Below, in pieces: positions 32,974-42,710 of a stretch of 64,000 nt of DNA (the first letter of the stretch is position 1; the number at the start of each line of letters is the position of its first letter). The position numbers were made by a program, and so were the translations under genes. Below the pieces are notes generated by a model. It saw nothing but the letters and a program-made list of their open reading frames with translations, ran no database searches and was not told where the DNA came from. Origin of the DNA: Candidatus Omnitrophota bacterium (GTDB lineage: Bacteria > Omnitrophota > Gorgyraeia > Gygaellales > JAHJCI01); NCBI GenBank assembly GCA_042570305.1, contig JBHPGP010000001.1, positions 828 to 64,827 of the forward strand. The letters run 5' to 3'.

Positions 32974-35019
32974 TTATCTCTGCTGCGCGGAAAAAGCGGT
33001 TCTTAAAACATCGATGACCTTTTGCTGAAAAGCATCTACTTCCTCGGCGGTCAGGGTACGGTCTTTTGCGCGATAGATACAGGAAATGGTCAGGCTTTTA
33101 AACCCGGTGGGTATTTGCGAACCATCAAATTTGTCACTATATTTGATCTCGGATAGAGGCTTTATGCCCAGGCTTAAAATTTTTGTGATGATATCTTCAA
33201 AGGAAATATTCTCCTTGAGCATAATACTGATATCGCGCGTCACTCCGGGGTATAAAGGCCTCTTCTCGTAAATTTTCATTTTATCCATTGCGCTAAAAAG
33301 CACTTTTAGATTTAATGCCGCGGCAAAAACAACATCTTTAATATCAAACGGTTTTAAAATGCTCGGCTTAATCCTGCCTGCTGATGCACAAAGCTTGTTA
33401 TCCACTTCCAACGACAACGATATATCCTCGAAATAATAAGCCGGATGCGCTTGCGCTCTGAATTTATATTTAGCTTTAGGAATCCCCATGCGCTGACAGA
33501 GCAGTTCTAATAGGCCGCGCAGCCACGATATTTCTTCGCCTTCGTCCTTCTTTGCGCAATAGGCAATTTCCAGAAAAGGCTCTTCCCGATTGTTGCGAAA
33601 TATATCGCCGACCTCAAATAAACGGATATCCCTTCGCCGTTGATTCAGATTATATGCAATGCAATTGATAAGACCCGGGATTATGCCCGGACGCAAGACT
33701 TCCTGTTCGCTGCTTAAGGGATTGGCAACAGTCATTATTTCTGCTTCGGGGTAGCCGAATTCATCAACTAGACGCCTACTTAAGAGACTGTAGGTAACCG
33801 CCTCATTCAACCCTTGGCTAATTAGGATATTTTTTACCTGCCTTGTCTTTATCCAGGATGAATAAACCTCGGCACCCTGAGGAATAATTCTGGGCAGACA
33901 GCTGGGTATCTGATCATAACCGCTAATGCGGGCTATCTCCTCAATCAAATCAACCGGCTGATTAATGTCCGGCCTAAAGGAGGGTATGCACACCTTGTAA
34001 GTCTTGCCTGATTGCTGCCGCATGGAAAAGGATAACCCGGAGAGCGTCTGTTTGATTTCCCGCTTAGTATAATCCCTGCCTAAAATCCGCTTAATCTCCG
34101 AGCATTTTAAAGCCACTGTTTTCTTTGTTGCTTGCTTTCCCGACGCTGACTTGCGGTAAATAACCGGCTGGCCGCCTGCCAGCTGCACAATCAGCCCTTG
34201 CGCTAAGCCGACAGCAGACTCTAAAAACCCTGCATCAACGCCGCGTTCAAAACGATACGATGACTCCGAAGAAATGCCTAAGAGCCGGGAGGCCCGGCGG
34301 GTAATAATCGGGTCAAATACTGCTGCTTCCAGCAAGATTGCGCTGCTTTTTTTGCCAACCTCGCAATCAGCGCCCCCCATGATTCCAGCAATGGCAACCG
34401 GTTTTTGAGAATCTGCAATCACCAGCATCTCCTGGCTCAATTCGCACTTCTGTCCGTCGATGAGGATAATAGTTTCTGAGGGTTTAGCCCGGCGCACAAA
34501 TATACCGTTGCCCTGTAGCCTGTTTAAATCAAAGGCGTGCAGCGGCTGGCCGGTTTCCATCAACACGTAATTGGTGATATCAACAATATTATTGACGCTA
34601 CGCAGCCCCACTAATTCCAGCCGCTTTTTCAGCCAAGCCGGAGAAGGGCCGACCTTAACATCCTGAATAACCCTGGCGGTATATAGCGGACAGTCGCGCT
34701 TGTCTTCGACCTTAATGAAGAACTTCGATGCCGAATCATGGACGCGGCTGGTGCGGCTTTCTTTAGCAGAAACGGGCTTGGAATATCCGGTATGCGGTTT
34801 CAGTTTCCTGCCAATAATCGCGGCTGTTTCTCTGGCAATGCCGATTACTGACAAAAGGTCCGGCCGGTTAGAGGTAATCTCAAACTCCAAAACAACATCC
34901 CCGTCTCTGGGCTCCAGGCGCACTACCTCATGCCCAGCCATAGTCAGCTTCTCAGCCAAAGTCTCGGCAGGAATCCGGATATCCACAAAATCCTTTAACC
35001 AGTTATACGTTACCTTCAT
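32974..35019 (-). CDS. pheT: Phenylalanine-tRNA ligase beta subunit (short form, 681 aa)
   Basis: MKVTYNWLKDFVDI... N-terminus, B3/4 and B5 regions and a C-terminal FDX-ACB-like end. Directly follows pheS. Confidence 0.9.
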   Translation of the reverse strand: MKVTYNWLKDFVDIRIPAETLAEKLTMAGHEVVRLEPRDGDVVLEFEITSNRPDLLSVIGIARETAAIIGRKLKPHTGYSKPVSAKESRTSRVHDSASKFFIKVEDKRDCPLYTARVIQDVKVGPSPAWLKKRLELVGLRSVNNIVDITNYVLMETGQPLHAFDLNRLQGNGIFVRRAKPSETIILIDGQKCELSQEMLVIADSQKPVAIAGIMGGADCEVGKKSSAILLEAAVFDPIITRRASRLLGISSESSYRFERGVDAGFLESAVGLAQGLIVQLAGGQPVIYRKSASGKQATKKTVALKCSEIKRILGRDYTKREIKQTLSGLSFSMRQQSGKTYKVCIPSFRPDINQPVDLIEEIARISGYDQIPSCLPRIIPQGAEVYSSWIKTRQVKNILISQGLNEAVTYSLLSRRLVDEFGYPEAEIMTVANPLSSEQEVLRPGIIPGLINCIAYNLNQRRRDIRLFEVGDIFRNNREEPFLEIAYCAKKDEGEEISWLRGLLELLCQRMGIPKAKYKFRAQAHPAYYFEDISLSLEVDNKLCASAGRIKPSILKPFDIKDVVFAAALNLKVLFSAMDKMKIYEKRPLYPGVTRDISIMLKENISFEDIITKILSLGIKPLSEIKYSDKFDGSQIPTGFKSLTISCIYRAKDRTLTAEEVDAFQQKVIDVLRTAFSAQQR

Positions 35020-35020
35020 A

Positions 35021-36067
35021 TTAAAATTGCCTTAAAAACCATAAATCGTTCTCAAAAAACAGGCGGATATCATTGATGCGGTATTTGAGCATGGCAATGC
35101 GCTCAACGCCCATGCCAAAGGCAAACCCTGTATACTTTCCCGTAGGGTATCCGACCTGCTTAAAAACAGTAGGATGAATCATGCCGCTGCCTAATATCTC
35201 CAGCCACCCTTTGCGGCCGCAAACACTACACCCCTTGCCCTTGCAAATAATACAGGCAATATCTACCTCTGCAGACGGCTCGGTAAAAGGGAAAAAATGA
35301 GGCCGGAAACGCATCCTCGTTTCCTTGCCGAATATAGATTGGACAATAAACTCCAGCGTTCCCTTTAAATCCGCAAAGCTGATGTTGCGGTCCACCATAA
35401 AACCCTCGATCTGATGAAAAACAAACGAGTGAGATGCATCTACCGCATCCGGCCGGTAAACCCTGCCCGGCACAACTACGGCCAAAGGGGGTTTGCGCGA
35501 TTGCATTGTCCTGATCTGTACAGGCGAGGTATGACTTCTTAATAAAAGCCGCTCTTTGCCTTTTGCTGTATGAAGATAAAACGTATCAAACATATCGCGT
35601 GAGGGGTGCTCTAAGGGAATGTTTAAGGCAGTAAAGTTATTAAATTCGCTTTCTATCTCCGGGCCCTCTGTGACTACAAAACCCATTCGGATAAAGATAT
35701 CGCAAATCTCTTCAATTACTTGGGTAACCAGATGCCGGTGGCCTAATTTTGGCTCTTCCCCGGGCAAAGGGGGCAAAGTAACATCAATTCTTTTCTTGGG
35801 TCCGGCAGCGCCTGCCGAAAGCCCTTCCAGTGCCTGCTTTTTGCTTTCCAATAAACCAGAAACCCTCTGCTTGAGCTGATTAATCCCCCTGCCGAATCCG
35901 GGCTTTTCTTTGGCTGGCAGCTCAGCAATGCCGGCAGTCAGCTCGGCAATAATGCCTTTTCTGCCTAAATATTTTATGCGCAGATTCTCAAGCGCATCGA
36001 GGTCAGCAACGCCTGCGAAATCCTGGTCTATTTTTTGATTAAGATTCTCAAGATTAAAATTAGACAT
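35021..36067 (-). CDS. pheS: Phenylalanine-tRNA ligase alpha subunit
   Basis: HPLTQVIEE-like HLVTQVIEEI, class II motifs (FRPHFFPFTEPSAEVD, GFAFGMGVERIAML). Confidence 0.92.
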   Translation of the reverse strand: MSNFNLENLNQKIDQDFAGVADLDALENLRIKYLGRKGIIAELTAGIAELPAKEKPGFGRGINQLKQRVSGLLESKKQALEGLSAGAAGPKKRIDVTLPPLPGEEPKLGHRHLVTQVIEEICDIFIRMGFVVTEGPEIESEFNNFTALNIPLEHPSRDMFDTFYLHTAKGKERLLLRSHTSPVQIRTMQSRKPPLAVVVPGRVYRPDAVDASHSFVFHQIEGFMVDRNISFADLKGTLEFIVQSIFGKETRMRFRPHFFPFTEPSAEVDIACIICKGKGCSVCGRKGWLEILGSGMIHPTVFKQVGYPTGKYTGFAFGMGVERIAMLKYRINDIRLFFENDLWFLRQF

Positions 36068-36546
36068 AACACCGCCGACAGCATAATTGCCAGGCTACGC
36101 TTGGCAGGAACCACCCTCTCCTGTCTGTCCCAGCCGGGTTTTATTTTGCGCAAAGTAATTGCGTGAATATCCAAATCCCCTCCGTGCTCGGCACAGACGC
36201 GGTTAAATATGCCCCTGACCTGCAGAATATCGCCTTTGGTTTTATAGTCGCCGCTGTATTGGATGGTTTCTGCCAGTTCAAGGGGCATCCAGACGCTCAT
36301 GGAGGTTTCTCCGTCATTAATGCTCGCCCAGGCTCCGCCGCGCCGCATCATTACCTCTCCTACTACCTCGCCCTCATAGATAATCTCTTTTGCGTCATAG
36401 TCCTTGGAATGTTCTATTAGCTTTTCACCGGATACTGCCTCTTGGGCATAACAATAGCCCTGAGGAAAGAGAAAGAGGTGATAAACGAAGAGCAAAAGGG
36501 CCAAGAAAGTCATAATTCGTAATTTATGCCTCATAATCTCGACCAT
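36028..36546 (-). CDS. Hypothetical membrane-anchored protein (signal peptide/TM at both ends)
   Basis: The ATG at 36546 overlaps the trkH stop (TAATG). The product reads MVEIMRHKLRIMTFLALLLFVYHLF... and ends in a hydrophobic helix. I recognise no family. Confidence 0.45.
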   Translation of the reverse strand: MVEIMRHKLRIMTFLALLLFVYHLFLFPQGYCYAQEAVSGEKLIEHSKDYDAKEIIYEGEVVGEVMMRRGGAWASINDGETSMSVWMPLELAETIQYSGDYKTKGDILQVRGIFNRVCAEHGGDLDIHAITLRKIKPGWDRQERVVPAKRSLAIMLSAVLCLILILRILIKK

Positions 36547-38048
36547 TATTTCCCCCTCAGCGTTGCCACCAGCACCCCAAAGAGGGTAAATATGGAAACA
36601 AACTCTAGCCTCCCTACCCACATCTGAAAGATATAGGTCAGCTTCAGTATGGCCGGCATAGCGGGATTGGTCACGCCACAGGAAAGGCCTACGTTGGCTC
36701 CGGCAGAGACCGATTCAAACAAGGCCTCGCGCAAAGGATAGCCGCAAAGACAACCGATAATCGTACCCAGGATGTATAACCCCAGATACATTAAGAATAT
36801 CAGGAGGCTGAAACGAATCTGCCTGTCCTCTAAAACCACTTCCTGGATATGGTGGAATTTCTGTACCAATACCGTTGACTCCGGAAGCATAATCTTTTTC
36901 ACTTCTCCGGCCAGGGCCTTAAAAAAGATGTCCAGCCGCAATAGCTTAATGCCGCCGGTAGTCGAACAGATAGAGCCTCCCAGGCTCATTGCCATAATCA
37001 CCCCCATAAAGGCAAAGCCCAGCCATTGATGAATAAATTGCCTGGCATATATGGTCATATAGCCTGTTCCCGTATGGGCAGAGATAATATGGTAAAATCC
37101 CTTGCGAAACAAGATAATCGCCTTAGTATACAGCCCTGTACCGCTTAAACTAATTGCGGTAAGCAAAAAGATAACAGTCACGCTGATAAACAGGGTAATG
37201 ATTTCGATATTCTTGAAAATCTCTTTTCTGTTACCGGTCCAGAGGCTATAATGCAGCCTGAAATTAACCGCTCCAAAAAGCATCAACAAAACCGTAACCG
37301 TCTCAAAGGCAAAGCTGTGGTAATAGAGAATGTTCTGCGAGTAAGGGGCAAACCCCCCTGTATCAAAGGCAGCCATAAATATGCAAAGGCCGTGGAAAAA
37401 GGAGGTTCCGCGCGACATGCCTTCGGCCTGCGCAATATAACTCAAGGCTGTGCTGCCCAGGACAAGATAGACAATGCTTACCAGCCAGATAAACCGCGCA
37501 GTATGCACTACATTAGGCAGAACCCGTTCATCCCTGGCCTCGCCCACATACATTTTAAAGGCCCCGGAGAAGCCGCGCACAAAAAAAGACAGGGCAACAA
37601 TAACGATTCCCTGTCCGCCGATAAACATCATCAGGTGCCGCCAGAGGTTACAGGATAAAGACAGGTGATCTAAGTCCTGCACCAGGACCAAGCCGGTTGT
37701 GGCAAAGCCGGACATCGCGTCAAAGCAGGCATCAAGATAAGACCCCCAATGCCCGCTTAAAAATAAGGGGATTGCTCCCAGGAACATTGCCGCCAGCCAG
37801 CTAAGCGCAACCAGGCTCATGCCCTGCATCCAGTTCAAATCCTCGCGTGTTTTACAAAGCGCTGTCAGGATTAAACCGATAATTAAACTAACCAGTAAAC
37901 TGATGCCGAAATCAAACGCGGGATTTATCTCGCTGTTGGCTAAGGCCAGGGACAATGGCAATAATAAGGTCAGGCTCAGGCCGATAATAATCTTGCCGAG
38001 ATAATAGGTGACAATTTTTATGTCTTTTACCTGGGGTTTTAGTAGCAT
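36546..38048 (-). CDS. trkH: TrkH/KtrB-family potassium transporter membrane subunit
   Basis: 500 aa, polytopic, with repeated pore-loop-like segments (GFATTG, AFDTGG, AHTGTG, SAGANVG). Confidence 0.88.
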   Translation of the reverse strand: MLLKPQVKDIKIVTYYLGKIIIGLSLTLLLPLSLALANSEINPAFDFGISLLVSLIIGLILTALCKTREDLNWMQGMSLVALSWLAAMFLGAIPLFLSGHWGSYLDACFDAMSGFATTGLVLVQDLDHLSLSCNLWRHLMMFIGGQGIVIVALSFFVRGFSGAFKMYVGEARDERVLPNVVHTARFIWLVSIVYLVLGSTALSYIAQAEGMSRGTSFFHGLCIFMAAFDTGGFAPYSQNILYYHSFAFETVTVLLMLFGAVNFRLHYSLWTGNRKEIFKNIEIITLFISVTVIFLLTAISLSGTGLYTKAIILFRKGFYHIISAHTGTGYMTIYARQFIHQWLGFAFMGVIMAMSLGGSICSTTGGIKLLRLDIFFKALAGEVKKIMLPESTVLVQKFHHIQEVVLEDRQIRFSLLIFLMYLGLYILGTIIGCLCGYPLREALFESVSAGANVGLSCGVTNPAMPAILKLTYIFQMWVGRLEFVSIFTLFGVLVATLRGK

Positions 38049-38054
38049 GAAAGG

Positions 38055-38201
38055 CTAAAAGGAGGTTGCCAGAATACAAATAACAAAAGCCGCCAGCATA
38101 ATTGTAAAGGCATAGCCGATTTCCGTGACAATGCCGAATATGCCTTGGATTATGGCAATGATGACAAGTTTGACCTGCTTAAATCTTTCCCAATAGGACA
38201 T
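38055..38201 (-). CDS. Possible 48-aa hydrophobic peptide between trkA and trkH
   Basis: Hand translation gives MSYWERFKQVKLVIIAIIQGIFGIVTEIGYAFTIMLAAFVICILATSF*. It overlaps the trkA 3' end by 23 nt and has no clear SD. Confidence 0.25.
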   Translation of the reverse strand: MSYWERFKQVKLVIIAIIQGIFGIVTEIGYAFTIMLAAFVICILATSF

Positions 38202-38841
38202 TTAACAGCTTAGACTCATTGCCAATCATAGTTAAGGCAACGATGTCGTCTCCTGATTCCAGCACCGTGTCTCCGCGGGGCACAATTACCTCTCCGCCGC
38301 GCACAATGGAAACCAAAACCGAATCCGGAGGCAATTTAATATCCCCCAGGCTCTGGTTAATTACCGGCGCCTCATCCGGCAGGTCTACGCGCACGATAGC
38401 CAGCTTGCCGCGCTTAAAGCTAAGCAGATTCACAAAATCATTAAAGCTGACTTCCTCCTCAATGATTTTGGCGATAATTGCAGTTGCATCAATGGGGATA
38501 TCCACGCCTAATTCGAAAAAGATATGCTCGTTCTTCGGGTCATTCACCCTGCCGACTGTCCGCTTGACAGAAAATCTCTCTTTGGCAAGCTGGCAAATAA
38601 TCAGGTTATCCTCATCTTCCCCGGTCACGGCAGCAACTACATCGGCACGCTCAATACCCGCTTCCTTGAGCACGGCAGGGCTGCAGCCATCTCCGCAAAT
38701 CATCAAAACATCCAGCTGGCGGGTAACCCCTTCGCACACACTTTTTTCCTTATCTACCAGGGCCACGCTGTGCTTATCGCGCGCAAGCCGCTGGGCTAAA
38801 AAATAACCGACCTTTCCTGCGCCTGCAATCAATATATACAT
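38179..38841 (-). CDS. trkA: Trk system NAD-binding regulatory subunit (TrkA-N + TrkA-C)
   Basis: MYILIAGAGKVGYFLAQRL Rossmann motif and a C-terminal RCK_C-like domain. Confidence 0.88.
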   Translation of the reverse strand: MYILIAGAGKVGYFLAQRLARDKHSVALVDKEKSVCEGVTRQLDVLMICGDGCSPAVLKEAGIERADVVAAVTGEDEDNLIICQLAKERFSVKRTVGRVNDPKNEHIFFELGVDIPIDATAIIAKIIEEEVSFNDFVNLLSFKRGKLAIVRVDLPDEAPVINQSLGDIKLPPDSVLVSIVRGGEVIVPRGDTVLESGDDIVALTMIGNESKLLNVLLGKI

Positions 38842-38842
38842 T

Positions 38843-39487
38843 TTACAATTTATATTTTTTCTTCACCTTATCCAGGCTTGCGGTCTTGACGATTGCCATA
38901 ATCACGTCGTTCTTCTTTAATGCTGTCTCTGGCGTGGGAATGATCGTACCCTCCATCTGCTTTATTGCCACGACTTGGAATTCTCCTGCCAGATTAACAT
39001 CCTTAACCGCCTTATTCAACAGGCTATCCTTAACCTCCAGCTGGATAACCCCCACGTCTTTGGTTTCAATGAGATAGCCGGAAAAGCGGCTCTCAATAAT
39101 CTTATCCCTGAGCATAGCTGCAAAAAGAATAGTGCCGCTGATGATATCCAGGCCCAGGCTTTGGTAAATACGCGCTCTTTCCGGATCATACACCCTGGCA
39201 ATTACCTTGGGCACGGAAAATATCCTCTTGGCAACCTGGGCAGCAACCAGATTGGTATTATCTCCGTTAGTCAGGGCGCAGAAGGCATTTGCCTTTTCTA
39301 TGCCTGCCTCTTTTAATAAATCAGGGTCAAAACCACTGCCTACCAGGGTAAGGCCGTTGAATGTCCCTCCCAGTCGGTTAAACGCAGCGACGTTCTTGTC
39401 CACCACCACCACGTCATGACCTTCGTTGGTGAGCAGTTTAGCCAGCTCTGCGCCTACCCTGCCGCAACCTACTATAATCACATGCAT
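38843..39487 (-). CDS. trkA: Second Trk system NAD-binding regulatory subunit
   Basis: MHVIIVGCGRVGAELAKLL Rossmann motif plus an RCK_C-like C-terminus. Confidence 0.85.
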   Translation of the reverse strand: MHVIIVGCGRVGAELAKLLTNEGHDVVVVDKNVAAFNRLGGTFNGLTLVGSGFDPDLLKEAGIEKANAFCALTNGDNTNLVAAQVAKRIFSVPKVIARVYDPERARIYQSLGLDIISGTILFAAMLRDKIIESRFSGYLIETKDVGVIQLEVKDSLLNKAVKDVNLAGEFQVVAIKQMEGTIIPTPETALKKNDVIMAIVKTASLDKVKKKYKL

Positions 39488-39493
39488 ATAAGA

Positions 39494-39844
39494 TTACCCG
39501 CTTTTGGCTATTTCTATTAATTTCTTAAATGCCTGGCTATCCCTGGCTGCTAAATCAGCCAGAACCTTACGGTCCAGATTAACCTTGGCCTTTTTTAATC
39601 CGTTGATAAACTGGCTGTACTTAATCCCGGCACCGCGGCAGGCAGCGTTAATCCTGGCAATCCATAGCCGGCGAAACTCTCTTTTCTTTCTCCTGCGGTC
39701 GCGATAGGCATACGCCTGGGCGCGCGCCACAGTACGCCGCGCCTGCTGATATTGCTTGCTGCGGTCGGAATAATAGCCTTTGGCCTTTTTTAATAACCTC
39801 TTTTTGCGCTTCCGCCTCGCTGGGCTGTATCTTACTCTTGCCAT
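39494..39844 (-). CDS. rplT: 50S ribosomal protein L20
   Basis: [25 protein letters not shown]...[10 protein letters not shown]... Confidence 0.95.
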   Translation of the reverse strand: MARVRYSPARRKRKKRLLKKAKGYYSDRSKQYQQARRTVARAQAYAYRDRRRKKREFRRLWIARINAACRGAGIKYSQFINGLKKAKVNLDRKVLADLAARDSQAFKKLIEIAKSG

Positions 39845-39943
39845 TTCCCCTCACTATTCTGGAGCATACAGTTTATCATTAATAACCGGCGTGCTCAAGC
39901 CGAAAACTGCGCACTCTCAACCGTAGACTCCTTGTTGCCTCTT

Positions 39944-40141
39944 CTAACTATACGGTAATAGCCGCTTAATATATTTTTTCTGGCCCAAACCCTGCAACCG
40001 GCGTAGCTTGCGTAAAGACCTCTTTCTCTTTCTTGTCTTTCCGGTCAACAGATGGCTTCGGCCACCGGCAATATATTTTACCTTGCCTGACTTGCTTATC
40101 TTAATCCTTTTGCTGATGCCCCTATGCGTCTTTAGTTTCAT
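39944..40141 (-). CDS. rpmI: 50S ribosomal protein L35
   Basis: MKLKTHRGISKRIKISKSGKVKY... Confidence 0.93.
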   Translation of the reverse strand: MKLKTHRGISKRIKISKSGKVKYIAGGRSHLLTGKTRKRKRSLRKLRRLQGLGQKKYIKRLLPYS

Positions 40142-40166
40142 TTTGTTTTGTGTTTAATGCCCCTGT

Positions 40167-40676
40167 TCACTTGTTGGGCGCAAGTACAGCTGAAATAATT
40201 CTGCCCTCTAATGAGGAACCCTTTTCTATCTTGCCTGCCTGTTGAGCATCATTAATAAAACGGTCCAGTACTTTTCTGCCCAAGTTCAGATGCTCCATCT
40301 GCCTGCCGCGGAAGAACAGGCTTACCTTGACCTTGTCCTTTTTATTTAAGAATCCGATTGCCTGCCTTAGCTTCACTTGATAATCGTGTTCGTCGATATT
40401 GGGCTTCAGGCGAATTTCCTTCAGGCGCATTCTCAACTGGTGTTTTTTTGCCTCGCGCTCCTTTTTTTCCTGGTCGTACTTAAATTTACTAAAGTCCATG
40501 ATACGGCAAACAGGCGGCTCCACCTGCGGGGCAACCTCAACCAAATCCAATTCATGCTGATTAGCCAGGCTCAGTGCTTTTTGTATGGGCAGAATGCCCA
40601 GTTGACCGCCTTGCGGACCGATAAGCCGCACCTGCGATGCGCGAATTCTTTCGTTTATGCGGATGAACTTCCTAAT
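40167..40676 (-). CDS. infC: Translation initiation factor IF-3, probable AUU start
   Basis: INERIRASQVRLIGPQGGQLGI...DLVEVAP...VCRIMDFSKFKY. The track GTG (40685) lies directly against AAGGAGG, which is too close. An in-frame ATT at 40674-40676 sits 8 nt after the SD, matching the classical infC AUU start. Confidence 0.85.
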   Translation of the reverse strand: MRKFIRINERIRASQVRLIGPQGGQLGILPIQKALSLANQHELDLVEVAPQVEPPVCRIMDFSKFKYDQEKKEREAKKHQLRMRLKEIRLKPNIDEHDYQVKLRQAIGFLNKKDKVKVSLFFRGRQMEHLNLGRKVLDRFINDAQQAGKIEKGSSLEGRIISAVLAPNK

Positions 40677-40694
40677 CGCAACCACCTCCTTTAA

Positions 40695-42440
40695 TCAGCC
40701 CCTGTTCTCTGTCTCCCGCCTAACCTTATTGATAAACTCTTCAACCGGCATTGCGCCGATATCGCCTTGACCCCTTTGCCTTACTGCCACAGCCTGAGAT
40801 TGCTCCTCCCTCTCTCCGATAACCAGAATGTAGGGAATCTTCTCTATCTCCGCCTCGCGAATCCTTTTTTGCAGCGTGAGATTGCGGCTATCCAAACTGC
40901 CCCTGATTGCATTCTCCCTGAGAGCAGCTTCTACCCGCGCCGCATAACCCTGTAGCGCAGATTTTATGGGAATGACGCGCGCCTGCACCGGAGAAAGCCA
41001 CAGCGGCAGGCTGCCCGCATAATGCTCGATAAGCACTCCGATAAAGCGCTCTAGGCTCCCCAGGATGACGCGGTGCAGCATAATCGGCTGCTGCCTCTCG
41101 CCTTGAGAATCAACGAATTCCAGGTTAAACCGCGCAGGCAAGGCAAAGTCACATTGAATAGTAGCACACTGCCATTTTCTTTTCAAGGCGTCTTTTACCT
41201 TGATGTCTATCTTGGGCCCGTAAAAGGCACCTTCCTGCGGATTAATCTCATACTCCAGCCCTCTGTCCTTCAGCGATTCTTCCAGAGCGGCTGTTGCCTT
41301 ATCCCAGTCGCTTGCTGTGCCGATAAATTTTTCAGGGCGCGTGCTCAATTCCACCGATAAATCCGAGAAGCCAAAATCCTGCATCGCCTTTAAAACAAAA
41401 TCTATTATGCCGATAATTTCTGGCTTTATCTGTTCTGGCGCACAGAATATATGCGCATCGTCTTGGGTAAAACCCCGCACGCGCAAAAGCCCGTGCAATA
41501 CACCGCCCTTTTCGTGACGGTAAACCGTACCCAACTCAAATAACCGTAAAGGCAAATCCCTGTAGCTTCTCATCTTGGATTTATAAATCAAAATGTGGCC
41601 GGGGCAGTTCATGGGCTTGAGCACGAATTCCCTATTCTCAATATTCAGTGTATACATATTGTCGTGATAATAATCATAGTGTCCGGAGGTGCGCCAGAGC
41701 CCGGCCTCTATGATATGCGGGGTAATTACCAGCTGGTAGTCCCTCTTCAGATGCTCGCGCCTGAGATAGTCCTCGATGATGGTGCGTAAAAGTGCTCCCT
41801 TGGGATGATAGAAAACCAGGCCTGCCCCCGCCTCTTCATGGTAGATATTAAAAAGCTCCAGTTGCGGACCTAGCCGACGGTGGTCGCGCTTCTTTGCCTC
41901 CTCTACATTCTTTAGATATTCGTCTAATTCCTCGCCCTTCTCAAAGCAGGTTCCGTAAATACGCTGCAGCATAGGATTGGTTTCGATCCCGTGCCAATAT
42001 GCTCCTGCCACCGACAATAACTTGAACGCCTTGACCTTGCCGGTTGACTCAACATGCGGACCGCGGCATAAGTCCACAAACTCCTTGCCTGTTCTATAAA
42101 CGGTTACCTTGTCAGCGGGCAAGGCATTAATCAATTCCACTTTATAGCTCTCGCCAAGGCCGGTGAATAGTTCAAGTGCCTCTGCCTTATTGAGTTCCTG
42201 GCGCCTGAAGGGTTCGTCGGTAGCGATAATCTCTTTCATCCTGCTTTCCACAAGCGACAATTCCTCCTCGCTGAAAGGCTCTTGTCTATCAAAATCGTAA
42301 TAAAAGCCGTCTTCAATAGAGGGGCCGATTCCCAATTTTGTCTCAGGCCAAAGCTGCTTAACTGCCGCAGCCATAATATGAGAACAGGAATGCCTTAAGA
42401 TTTCTAAACTGGTTTTCTTTCCCATCGCAATAGTCTTCAA
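40695..42440 (-). CDS. thrS: Threonine-tRNA ligase (lacks the N-terminal TGS domain)
   Basis: LRHSCSHIMAAAVKQLWP editing-domain motif and class II core (FRHEKGGVLHGLLRVRGFTQDDAHIF). The track start is a TTG at 42440. An ATG at 42425 is an alternative. Confidence 0.9.
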   Translation of the reverse strand: MKTIAMGKKTSLEILRHSCSHIMAAAVKQLWPETKLGIGPSIEDGFYYDFDRQEPFSEEELSLVESRMKEIIATDEPFRRQELNKAEALELFTGLGESYKVELINALPADKVTVYRTGKEFVDLCRGPHVESTGKVKAFKLLSVAGAYWHGIETNPMLQRIYGTCFEKGEELDEYLKNVEEAKKRDHRRLGPQLELFNIYHEEAGAGLVFYHPKGALLRTIIEDYLRREHLKRDYQLVITPHIIEAGLWRTSGHYDYYHDNMYTLNIENREFVLKPMNCPGHILIYKSKMRSYRDLPLRLFELGTVYRHEKGGVLHGLLRVRGFTQDDAHIFCAPEQIKPEIIGIIDFVLKAMQDFGFSDLSVELSTRPEKFIGTASDWDKATAALEESLKDRGLEYEINPQEGAFYGPKIDIKVKDALKRKWQCATIQCDFALPARFNLEFVDSQGERQQPIMLHRVILGSLERFIGVLIEHYAGSLPLWLSPVQARVIPIKSALQGYAARVEAALRENAIRGSLDSRNLTLQKRIREAEIEKIPYILVIGEREEQSQAVAVRQRGQGDIGAMPVEEFINKVRRETENRG

Positions 42441-42443
42441 AAA

Positions 42444-42517
42444 TGGGCGCTACAGGACTTGAACCTGTGACCCCTTCCATGTCAAGGAAGTACTCTATCC
42501 AACTGAGCTAAGCGCCC
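42444..42517 (-). tRNA. tRNA-Val (GAC)
   Basis: The reverse complement is GGGCGCTTAGCTCAGTTGGATAGAGTACTTCCTTGACATGGAAGGGGTCACAGGTTCAAGTCCTGTAGCGCCCA. Confidence 0.88.
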
Positions 42518-42533
42518 CTCAACACTCGCCTTC

Positions 42534-42616
42534 TGGGCGAGAAGGGAGTCGAACCCTTACGGTCTTGCGACCATTGGATTTTAAGTCCAACGTGTATACC
42601 ATTCCACCACTCGCCC
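42534..42616 (-). tRNA. tRNA-Leu (TAA) with a long variable arm
   Basis: The reverse complement is GGGCGAGTGGTGGAATGGTATACACGTTGGACTTAAAATCCAATGGTCGCAAGACCGTAAGGGTTCGACTCCCTTCTCGCCCA. Confidence 0.85.
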
Positions 42617-42637
42617 GTTAATATCAAAAGCCTTAAC

Positions 42638-42709
42638 AGGCGCGGAGCGGATTCGAACCGCTGAATAAAGGTTTTGCAGACCTCTGCCTTGCCACTTGGC
42701 TACCGCGCC
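42638..42709 (-). tRNA. tRNA-Cys (GCA)
   Basis: The reverse complement is GGCGCGGTAGCCAAGTGGCAAGGCAGAGGTCTGCAAAACCTTTATTCAGCGGTTCGAATCCGCTCCGCGCCT. Confidence 0.85.
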
Positions 42710-42710
42710 G

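Noticed and set aside
38219-38806. 195-aa plus-strand ORF antisense to trkA. Similar long antisense ORFs occur at 55965-56552 (gyrA), 49860-50411 (dnaA), 61018-61491 (pyrR), 62106-62944 (pyrB/pyrC) and 63371-63805 (pyrC).
   Set aside because: All are embedded opposite confidently identified conserved genes. Their Ser/Arg/Leu-rich low-complexity translations are typical of antisense shadows.
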